Source: Gemmatimonadota bacterium | Lineage (GTDB): Bacteria; Gemmatimonadota; Gemmatimonadetes; Palauibacterales; Palauibacteraceae | Length of the DNA stretch: 64,000 nucleotides | Direction: 5' to 3' | Assembly (NCBI GenBank): GCA_039584255.1 | Contig: JBDGYE010000005.1 | Coordinates: 1,869-65,868, forward strand | Part shown: in pieces, positions 8,654 through 16,410 of the stretch | Layout of the letters: each line of letters opens with the position of its first letter | Numbering within the stretch: the stretch's first letter is position 1 | The notes under the pieces: generated by a model | Databases searched by the model: none | The model's input: only the letters and a program-made list of their open reading frames with translations | Told to the model about the DNA's origin: nothing | Program-made: the position numbers and the translations under genes

Positions 8654-9658
8654 CTATCGCTCGCGCTCCTCGCGCGGCGTGGCACCGATCTCCGCGGCGC
8701 TGAGGCCGAGTCCGACCGGCACATGAAGCCTCCACCAGTCGCGCGCCTCGTTGCGGCTCCAGGTCTCTGTGGCGGGGCAGGCGGACAGCCTGTCGGCGAG
8801 TTCCTCCGCGGTGCCCGGACGGCGGTCGGGATCCTTCTCCAGGCACGCGAGGATGACCCGTTCCAGGTCGTCCGGAACCTCGAGCTCGGTCCGCAGGGAT
8901 GGCCGGACGGGAGCGTCCTGCACGTGCTGCAGTACCGTTGCTAGGGGCGTTTCTGCGTCGAACACGGGCTGGCCTGTGAGCAGCCAGTATCCCACGCACC
9001 CGAGGGCGTACAGGTCCGCCCGGCCGTCCACCGGCGTCCCCGTGGCCACCTCGGGAGCCATGAAGGCGGGCGTGCCCACAACTACGTTCTCCGCCGTCAG
9101 ATCCCCTTTACCGGCCAGGAGGTCCTCCTTCGCCTTTACCAGGCCGAAGTCGAGCACCTTCACGAAGTCGTGGTCCGGGCCCTGGCGGCAGGCGAAGATG
9201 TTGGCGGGCTTGATGTCCCGATGGACCATTCCGGCATCGTGCGCCTCGCTCAGTGAATGACACACCTGGCGCAGCAGGTAGATCGACCTCCCGGCCGGCA
9301 TAGGACCGAAGCTCCGGACTAGCTCCGCCAGGCTGAGGCCGTCCAGCAGCTCCATGATGTAGTAGAAGGCCCCCTCTTCAGTTACGCCGAAATCGTGGAG
9401 CTCAATGGTGTGATGCGATCGGAGCGCGGCCGTCGCCCGGGCCTCGCGGACGAAGCGCCTCACGACCTGACGGCGGCTGTTCTCGTCCGCACCAAGCGCC
9501 TCCGGACGGATCATCTTCACCGCCGCGGGCCGGTCGAGCATACGGTGCCTGGCTACCCAGACCTCGCCCATGCCTCCCGCCCCGAGTGGACCCTCGAGCC
9601 GGTAGCAGCAGATCTCGCGGCCTGCCTCGAGGGGACCGCTGTACTTTTCCTTCGCCAT
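8654..9658 (-). CDS. Hanks-type serine/threonine protein kinase (kinase domain only)
   Basis: Gly-rich loop LGAGGMGEVWVA, AVK lysine (AAVKMI), catalytic HRDIKPANIF, DFG (DFGLV) and APE (APEV) are present. The start is taken at MAKEKYSG. Confidence 0.85.
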   Translation of the reverse strand: MAKEKYSGPLEAGREICCYRLEGPLGAGGMGEVWVARHRMLDRPAAVKMIRPEALGADENSRRQVVRRFVREARATAALRSHHTIELHDFGVTEEGAFYYIMELLDGLSLAELVRSFGPMPAGRSIYLLRQVCHSLSEAHDAGMVHRDIKPANIFACRQGPDHDFVKVLDFGLVKAKEDLLAGKGDLTAENVVVGTPAFMAPEVATGTPVDGRADLYALGCVGYWLLTGQPVFDAETPLATVLQHVQDAPVRPSLRTELEVPDDLERVILACLEKDPDRRPGTAEELADRLSACPATETWSRNEARDWWRLHVPVGLGLSAAEIGATPREERER

Positions 9659-9764
9659 GGTCAGCGGGGTTAAAGGGAGAGGACTCACATGGAAAGGAAC
9701 CTCCCGCCGTACCGTTCACAAGCTAAGCGGGTGCGGGGAGGGGAACGGGTGCCATCCTCCCCGC

Positions 9765-10268
9765 TCACTCTGCGCAGGCGACGCGGCGGTACGGGAAGTC
9801 GAAGCCACGGTCGCCCTCGCCGGCGTCGGCTCGGGCGACGAGGGAGTCCGCCCCCCTCCGCACGTACCGGATCCGGCGCGGGAAATCGTGCGCCGGGTTC
9901 TCGAAGGTCGCGCGCGAGGACGTCACCTCGGTCGCCTCGAACTCGGCGGGCGCCTGGCCCGACGGATGGGCCTCGAGAACCAGGCCCGACTCCGATTCCC
10001 GGAGGATGAGGAGCTCGTAGCCGGCGGTGCGTCCGCCCCGGATCACGCGGTTCATTCCGAGCATCGTCCCACCTCGCGGCGCCATCCACTGCTCTTCGAT
10101 CGACATGCCCTCGACCGACATCTCCCAGCAGCCGGCGAGCCATGACACATTCTCCAACGCCGGTGCCTCCTGGGGCGCCGCCTGCCGATGTCCAGTGGCG
10201 GCGGCGGTGCCTACCGCGGACATTCCGAGCGTCAACCTTGCCGCCAGCGGCCACGCGTTCACCCTCAT
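9765..10268 (-). CDS. DUF6265 family secreted protein
   Basis: Signal peptide followed by AGCWEM...EEQWM...GTMLGM...YELLILRE...AHPSGQ...FENPAHDFPRRIRY, the DUF6265 pattern. Confidence 0.5.
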   Translation of the reverse strand: MRVNAWPLAARLTLGMSAVGTAAATGHRQAAPQEAPALENVSWLAGCWEMSVEGMSIEEQWMAPRGGTMLGMNRVIRGGRTAGYELLILRESESGLVLEAHPSGQAPAEFEATEVTSSRATFENPAHDFPRRIRYVRRGADSLVARADAGEGDRGFDFPYRRVACAE

Positions 10269-10310
10269 GGTCCCGACTCCTACTTCTTGGCCTTTCCTCT
10301 GCTTCCGGTC

Positions 10311-11237
10311 CTACCGCCCGCTCGCGAGCAGGAGCTCCAGACGCTCGCGCCGCGGAAGGGAAGGACGCGCACCTCGCGCCGTCGCGGCCACCGCTCCCGC
10401 CGCGCAAGCGAAGCGAACGGCCTCCGCCAATGACGGCCCCTCCGCCAGGGCCACGGCGAGAGCGCCGCTGAAGGCGTCGCCCGCCGCGGTAGTGTCAACG
10501 GCATCAACAGAGAAGCCTTCTACGAGCTGCTCCTCTCCGGCCCGAGTGATGACGAGCGCTCCCGCGGCGCCGAGTGTGACCACGATCCGCCGCACGCCCC
10601 TCTCCAACAGTCTGCCCGCAGTCGCCTCGCGTGTCGCATCATCGCCCGGCAGCGCCGCCAGCAGCCGTGCCTCGCCTTCGTTCGGCGTCAGGACATCGAC
10701 CCGATAGAGCAGCGAGTCCGGCAGCGGCTGGGCCGGCGCGGGGTTCAGGATCACGGTCACGCCGGCGGCGGCGGCTACGGCCGCTGCACGCTCGACCGTC
10801 GGCAGCGGCGTCTCGAGCTGCAGAAGGAGCACGTCCGCGGTCTCGATCGCCCCGCCGGCCCTTTCCACGTCGTCTTCCGAGAGGGCGGCGTTGGCTCCGG
10901 GGGCCACCGCGATGGCGTTCTCTCCTCGCTCGTCCACGAAGATCAGCGCGACCCCCGAAGGCTCTTTCTCGTCGCGCGACACGTGGCTCACGTCGATTCC
11001 CTCATCGCGAAGTCCGGCGACCGCCCTCTCTCCCAGCTCATCGGCTCCGACGCGCCCGACGAAGGTGACCTCGGCGCCCAGGCGCGCCGCGGCCACCGCC
11101 TGGTTCGCGCCCTTCCCGCCGTCAGCGCGCAGGAACGAGCCACCCAACACCGTCTCGCCCGCCTCCGGGATGCGCGGGAGCCGGACGACCATGTCCGTGT
11201 TCGAGCTTCCGACGACGACTATTCTGGGAGACATCAT
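10311..11237 (-). CDS. rbsK: ribokinase
   Basis: MMSPRIVVVGSSNTDMVV...GGKGANQAVAAARLG...DTTAAGDAFSGALAVALAEG. These are the PfkB/ribokinase signatures (GG dipeptide, NxxE, DTxGAGD anion hole). The ORF-track N-terminal 167 aa is low-complexity read-through; the true start is 11237. Confidence 0.85.
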   Translation of the reverse strand: MMSPRIVVVGSSNTDMVVRLPRIPEAGETVLGGSFLRADGGKGANQAVAAARLGAEVTFVGRVGADELGERAVAGLRDEGIDVSHVSRDEKEPSGVALIFVDERGENAIAVAPGANAALSEDDVERAGGAIETADVLLLQLETPLPTVERAAAVAAAAGVTVILNPAPAQPLPDSLLYRVDVLTPNEGEARLLAALPGDDATREATAGRLLERGVRRIVVTLGAAGALVITRAGEEQLVEGFSVDAVDTTAAGDAFSGALAVALAEGPSLAEAVRFACAAGAVAATARGARPSLPRRERLELLLASGR

Positions 11238-11269
11238 GCATCTCGATGCTGAGGGAGTCTGTCCCGGGC

Positions 11270-12195
11270 CTATCTCAGAACGGAGTACAGCAGCTCCTTC
11301 CAGGCCGGGATGTCGATCTCCCAGCACACGGAGGCGTTGGGGTCTCGCCCGAGGAGCTCCGCCCACACTGGCGCGTTCCGCTCGTCGTCCACCACGTCGA
11401 GCGCGTCCACCACGGTCATCCCACGGGTGAGATCGCTCTCGGTCTCGACGTCGACGTAGTGGCGGGAGCTGCGGGTACAGATATCGGGATCGATGGCGAT
11501 CGCCATCGCCACGGGATCGGGGAGTGGAAGGCCCTTCTCGCCGGACTGGATGCGGGCGGCCTCCAGGGCCATCGAGTTGCAGTCGATGGCGAAGTGGGCT
11601 AGCGGCGTGTCGAAGGCTTTCACCATCGCCATCTCCTCGTGCGACAGGGTCGCCTCGCCGCGGCACAGCTCCCACCCGACCATCTCGATGGGAAGTCCAG
11701 AGTGGAAGACGGTGCTGGCCGCGTCCGGGTCGACCCACACATTATATTCCGCCGCCGGGGTCACGTTGCCCACCGTGCAGGCCGCTCCTCCCATCACGAC
11801 GCACCGGCTGACGTCGCCTGCGATATCGGGCTCTGCCATGAGGGGATCCCCGGATTGGCCATGATGGTCTCGATGAGGACCTCCACGGCATCGACCTCGC
11901 CGGGCGTGCCTAGCGGAGGGGGGTAGTCGTGGTCCCCGAGGCCGTCCAGGCCGTGGAAGAACTGCGCGACCTGCAGATCCCGGTACAGCGGCTTTGCGGC
12001 GCCCTTGTGCACCGGAACCTCGGCAGCGGCCAGCTCGACCGTGTACAAGGCGTTCCTGACTGCCTGGTCCAGCTCGACGTTGCCGGCGACGACGGTGATC
12101 GCCTCCACCCGGACATTGGGATTCCGCAGCGCCATCAGCAGCGCCACGGCGTCGTCCGAGGCGGTGTCGGTATCGATGATGAAAGATCGGGGCAT
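11270..12195 (-). pseudogene. nucleoside hydrolase (IunH/RihA family), frameshifted (possibly with small deletion)
   Basis: N-terminal part [23 protein letters not shown] (DxDxxxDD Ca-site motif) is in ORF 11794..12288 (start 12195) and stops at 11794. The C-terminal part ...[28 protein letters not shown]... continues in another frame (ORF 11270..12244). The junction lies ~11830-11860, and about 15 residues of the expected ITLVATGPLTN segment appear to be missing. Confidence 0.7.
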
Positions 12196-12197
12196 GA

Positions 12198-12671
12198 TCA
12201 GGGAGCGTCTCGCTGCTCCATGTACTCCGCGGCGCGCCTGGCAATCTCGTCGACTGTCATATCTTCCTGGTCGGTCGACACAATCCACAGGTGTCCGAAC
12301 GGATCGGCCAGCCGCCCGGCGCGATCGCCGTAGAACTGGTCGCTCACCGGAATCAGAACCTCCGCGCCCGCTTCGACAGCCCGGCTGGTCAGCGCGTCAA
12401 CGTCCTCCACGTAGAGATGAACGGCCGCCGAGGAACCGCCCAGCGTGCTGGGGCTGAGGTTCCCCCACTCCGGCGATTCCTCGGAGATCATGATCACCGA
12501 GTCGCCGACCTTGATTTCGGCGTGCATTACGTTCCCGGCCGGATCCGCCAGACGCATTACCTCGGCGGCGCCGAAGGCCTGCCTGTAGAAGTCGATGGCG
12601 GCTGCCGCGTCCCTGATAATCAGATAGGGCGTGGCGCTATGGTATCCCTCCGGGATCGGGCTCACTGACAT
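12198..12671 (-). CDS. VOC family protein (PhnB/glyoxalase-like)
   Basis: [65 protein letters not shown] is the classic PhnB-like VOC fold. It is tightly linked downstream of... upstream of the nucleoside hydrolase (stop 12198, hydrolase start 12195). Confidence 0.7.
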   Translation of the reverse strand: MSVSPIPEGYHSATPYLIIRDAAAAIDFYRQAFGAAEVMRLADPAGNVMHAEIKVGDSVIMISEESPEWGNLSPSTLGGSSAAVHLYVEDVDALTSRAVEAGAEVLIPVSDQFYGDRAGRLADPFGHLWIVSTDQEDMTVDEIARRAAEYMEQRDAP

Positions 12672-12781
12672 GGCCGTGTTCTCCTGGTGCGGGAGTCGTG
12701 CCTCTAACTGAAGGAGTCCCGTTCGGGTCCTGGAGGGTCGCCGGACTCGTCCTGGCTCTCCTCCTCCTCGACCGTGATTTC

Positions 12782-12967
12782 CTAGACCTGCTGGATTCCG
12801 GGATCGAACACCGAATGCATCTCCAGCATGTGGTAGACCGCACCCCGCGCGCGACCCTTGGTCCGCCGGTAGAAGATCAACCCCATCCTTTCGGCCCACA
12901 GCAGCAGGCGGTCCACCACGACCGCCGCCACCAGGACAGCGATTGCCCACACGAGCAGCCTGGGCAT
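12782..12967 (-). CDS. hypothetical small membrane protein with Met/His-rich tail, translationally coupled to copCD
   Basis: The 61-aa ORF has an N-terminal TM helix (LLVWAIAVLVAAVVV) and C-terminal VYHMLEMHSVF. Its ATG overlaps the CopCD stop (ATGA) at 12965-12969. Confidence 0.35.
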   Translation of the reverse strand: MPRLLVWAIAVLVAAVVVDRLLLWAERMGLIFYRRTKGRARGAVYHMLEMHSVFDPGIQQV

Positions 12968-14394
12968 CAGTGGCCCGCCGGAGGAGTGATCCGGGCCAGG
13001 TAGGCTGCCAAAAGGACGACCAGGAGCATCACGATCATTTCCAGTCGCACGGAGCGTCGCAGCGAGCCTCCGTGCGGGTCCTCCCCGGACCTGACGGCGG
13101 GCAGCAGGCGGAGGCGGTGGTAGGCACCGAACAGCACCAGGGCCACCAGTCCGATCACCTTGAGCACAACCGCCCAGCCGTACCGGGTCCCGAAGTACTC
13201 GCCGAGGCCGCCCACGAACAGGAAGGACTGAACGATACCGGAGCCGGTAACCAGAAGGACTGCGAGCAGCGCGGCAGCCGAAACGGCCTTGGCTACGTCC
13301 CTATAGCGCCATCGGTCCGAGTCGTCCTCCGCCTCGATCGACGGACCGTCCGGGCAGAGGATCAACAGCGACAATCCGCCGGCCCAGATCGCCGCCGCAC
13401 CTAGGTGAAGGCCGTTCGCGGGAACCGCCACGTACGGAGAGATGCCGGCCGGATGTCCGCTGAGCGCGCCCGCCACCACGGCCAGGAGTGCCAGGAATGC
13501 GGCAGCCCTGCCCCTCGACCCGAGTAGCGAGAGGACAGCGACGACGACCAGAAGAAGCTTGACCAGGCCCACGACGCCGCTGCGCGTGCCCAGGGCCGTT
13601 CCGAGGCCATCGAGCCCTGAGCCAGGCGGGGTCACCTGAGCCGTCCACGTCGCCAGCCCCAGGGCCATCAGGACTGCCGCCCCGGTGCCCAGCACGAGCG
13701 CCGCGCGCCTGAGCCTCGATTCAGCCGCCAGTGCACCGGTTCCGGTGAACCACAGCAGGCCCGCGAAAGCCAGCAGAAGGGCCATCCCCAAGCCGCCGAC
13801 GAGTGTCTCTCCAAGCCCCGGCCTCTCGTCGGCGTCGACGGCGGCCTCCGCGACCGCCTCCGTGCCCGCCTCGACCTCGGCGGCCCCTGCGTCGACCTCC
13901 GCCTCGCTGCCGGCCTGAACGGCTACGGCGTCCACGACAGAGGCCGCCTCCTCCGCGACGTGGAAGGTGATCGTGCCGCTCACCGGGTGACCATCGACCG
14001 ACACCGTCTGCCAGCGCAGGGTGTGTCGACCCGCCGCCAGAAGCGGTGCATCAGCCAGGAGAACGTGTGCACTGTCGTCAGAACTATACGGGGTAAGCTT
14101 GGCCGCTTCCCCACCGGGAACTTCCAGCTCCAGGGAGCTCAGTTGAGCATTCACTTCGCTGCTGAACACGAGCCGGAAGCGCTCTAGAAACGCGCGAACC
14201 GTGTCATCGCTCGCCGGTACGGAGGAAACCAGCCGCGTGTGAATCGTCCACACCGAGGCTTCCGGAGTAGAGGCGCGCGCCACGGAACTGGAGGTTGTCC
14301 CGGCTGCGAGCCCAACGAGGGCCAGGAGCACGGCCGGGGCGATCGAACTCACGAAAGGCGCCCGGATGGGGCGTCGCCTGCCTGCCGTCTTCAT
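12967..14394 (-). CDS. copCD: copper resistance protein CopC-CopD fusion
   Basis: Signal peptide MKTAGRRRPIRAPFVSSIAPAVLLALVGLAAG is followed by a CopC-like periplasmic domain (VWTIHTRLVSSVPASDDTV...VNAQLSSLELEV...HTLRWQTVSVDGHPVSGTITFHV). After a linker comes an 8-TM CopD-like domain. Confidence 0.8.
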   Translation of the reverse strand: MKTAGRRRPIRAPFVSSIAPAVLLALVGLAAGTTSSSVARASTPEASVWTIHTRLVSSVPASDDTVRAFLERFRLVFSSEVNAQLSSLELEVPGGEAAKLTPYSSDDSAHVLLADAPLLAAGRHTLRWQTVSVDGHPVSGTITFHVAEEAASVVDAVAVQAGSEAEVDAGAAEVEAGTEAVAEAAVDADERPGLGETLVGGLGMALLLAFAGLLWFTGTGALAAESRLRRAALVLGTGAAVLMALGLATWTAQVTPPGSGLDGLGTALGTRSGVVGLVKLLLVVVAVLSLLGSRGRAAAFLALLAVVAGALSGHPAGISPYVAVPANGLHLGAAAIWAGGLSLLILCPDGPSIEAEDDSDRWRYRDVAKAVSAAALLAVLLVTGSGIVQSFLFVGGLGEYFGTRYGWAVVLKVIGLVALVLFGAYHRLRLLPAVRSGEDPHGGSLRRSVRLEMIVMLLVVLLAAYLARITPPAGH

Positions 14395-14643
14395 CAGGTT
14401 CCTTCGAGCCATGTACATCGGGAGGGGGAAGGATCCCGGTCGCTGCATCTCAGTCCCGGGGCACGCCGCCGCCGGATACGCCGCGCGGGTATCGTAGCCG
14501 GCCGTGTGGGAACCGGCAATCGAGCCCCGCTGTTCGTGGGAACGACTGGCCCGGGCCGGTTTAGAACAGCGATCGAATCCCTCCCGGGGCACCGAGGCGC
14601 TCCGGCGCGGGGCATCCGACAGCGCGAGCAGGGAGATACGGAC

Positions 14644-16410
14644 GTGATCTCAGCCACGCGGGGCGGACTCAGCCTCTCTCTCGTCGTCACGGCCGGCGTA
14701 CTGGCTGCGGCCTGCAGTGGCAACGAGGGTCCGGCGCCGTCCGATCCGACGACCACGATCCAGGTCCAGTTCTCGCCGGCCAGCATCGACTTCGGAGACA
14801 CGCGGATGGCCACGGTCGAGGTTCGAAACGCGGGGCAGGCGACGGTCGGACCGGTCGAGCTGGTCGCGGGCACCGTCCGCGACGCCGGGGGCGCGGCAAT
14901 CGCCGGATCGCGACTGGCTGTCACGCCGTCCGAGATCCCGACACTCGCCTCCGGGGCGACCCGAGAGGTGGCACTCGAACTCTCGCTCGGCACGGACATC
15001 GGTCCGGGAGAATACACCGTAGGTCTCGAGGCGCGCGTGGGCGGCGAGCTGGCCGCCTCGCTGGGCGCCGGCTTTTCAGTGTCGCCGGGAGGGCCGCCGA
15101 TCGGCTTCCTCAGCATCAGCGGACCGTCCTCCTCCTCCCAGGGCGATGTGTTCGCCATCACGGTCGAGGCCCGGGACGCGGCCGGCCAGCCGGTGGAAGA
15201 CCCCGAGATCGCCTGGTCGGTATCTCCCGTGTCCGCGGGCTTCGTCAGCGCCGACGGTAGGTTCGTGGGCTACACGCCAGTCACGGCGCGCGTGTCAGCC
15301 GAGGCCGGAAGCGTGGCCGACACGATCGAGGTGACCGTCACTCCCCGCAGCGTACCGCAGGGAGTCTTCCAGGTGCGTGCACAGGGTCTGGTGTCGAGTC
15401 GCTTCACCTCGGACCACTGGGAACACGGAAGGGCCGCGTACACAGGCACGTGGAGCTGCCGGGACGGCGGTGCGTGCGGTAACACGCTCTACGTTTGGGA
15501 CGTGATCGACCCCGCATCCCCCGTGCTCTCAGACTCCGTCCGCGTCGATGCTCGCGTGGTGAACGACGTCAAAGTCCGCGACGGTGGAGACCTGGCGATC
15601 ATCACCCACGAGTCGTCGCTGGATGGGCTGAACGGCATCACGCTGCTCGACGTGACGGATCCCCTCCATCCCGTCGAGATCACACGGTTCACGGCACCCG
15701 ACCTCAGCCCCGGCATTCACAACGTCTGGATCGACGGCGACTACGCCTACCTCGTGGTGGACGGAGCCATGACCTCCGCGGGCCTGCGGGTATTGGACAT
15801 ATCCGACCCGGCGAATCCGAGCATCGTGGCCAGCTTCTACGGCGGCTCGAGCTTCCTGCACGACGTCTACGTTCGCGACGGGCTGGCCTTCCTGTCGCAC
15901 TGGTCGGCGGGCCTGATCGTGCTCGACGTCGGGAACGGAATCGCGGGCGGCTCGCCCACGAGCCCGAGAGAGGTGAGCCGGATCGTCATCCCGGGCTACC
16001 GGGTGCACAACACTTGGTACTGGCCGGGGTCGGGATACGCCTTCGTCGGCGACGAGATAGGGGTACCCGGCGCCGTCCAGGTGATCGACCTCACGGATCT
16101 ACGGAATCCGCGGTGGGTCGCCACGTTCACGCTTCCCGCAGCGGCTCCGCACAACTTCTGGGTCGACGAGGCTCGCGAGATCGCCTACTTCGCCTGGTAC
16201 GAGAACGGCGTACAGGCGGTAGACGCCTCCGGCGAGCTACTGGGAGCGCTCGAAGAGCAGGGTCGGCAGATCGCAGGCCTCCAATACGGAACCGGCAACT
16301 TCTGCTTCGGCTCGGGAGGAACATGCACTTGGGCGCCGCAGCTTCACGACGGCCACATCTTCGTCTCGGACCTGAACACCGGGCTGTGGGTGCTCCAGCC
16401 CACGTTCTGA
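14644..16410 (+). CDS. LVIVD-repeat beta-propeller lipoprotein
   Basis: GTG start with RBS AGGGAGA, lipobox LVVTAGVLAAACSG, and repeated LAIITHE/LVVDGA/LIVLDVG/VQVIDL units characteristic of LVIVD repeats. The upstream 135 aa of track ORF 14239..16410 is low-complexity read-through. Confidence 0.6.
   Translation: MISATRGGLSLSLVVTAGVLAAACSGNEGPAPSDPTTTIQVQFSPASIDFGDTRMATVEVRNAGQATVGPVELVAGTVRDAGGAAIAGSRLAVTPSEIPTLASGATREVALELSLGTDIGPGEYTVGLEARVGGELAASLGAGFSVSPGGPPIGFLSISGPSSSSQGDVFAITVEARDAAGQPVEDPEIAWSVSPVSAGFVSADGRFVGYTPVTARVSAEAGSVADTIEVTVTPRSVPQGVFQVRAQGLVSSRFTSDHWEHGRAAYTGTWSCRDGGACGNTLYVWDVIDPASPVLSDSVRVDARVVNDVKVRDGGDLAIITHESSLDGLNGITLLDVTDPLHPVEITRFTAPDLSPGIHNVWIDGDYAYLVVDGAMTSAGLRVLDISDPANPSIVASFYGGSSFLHDVYVRDGLAFLSHWSAGLIVLDVGNGIAGGSPTSPREVSRIVIPGYRVHNTWYWPGSGYAFVGDEIGVPGAVQVIDLTDLRNPRWVATFTLPAAAPHNFWVDEAREIAYFAWYENGVQAVDASGELLGALEEQGRQIAGLQYGTGNFCFGSGGTCTWAPQLHDGHIFVSDLNTGLWVLQPTF

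Noticed and set aside
10027-11068. Several 100-230-aa plus-strand ORFs (10027..10707, 10631..11068, 10891..11430) over rbsK
   Set aside because: They are antisense to a canonical ribokinase and have Ala/Arg/Ser/Pro low-complexity products.
14239-14643. N-terminal 135-aa extension of the LVIVD protein (track ORF starts 14239)
   Set aside because: The extension overlaps the copCD start on the opposite strand and is low-complexity. A GTG with an AGGGAGA RBS at 14644 immediately precedes the lipoprotein signal peptide.
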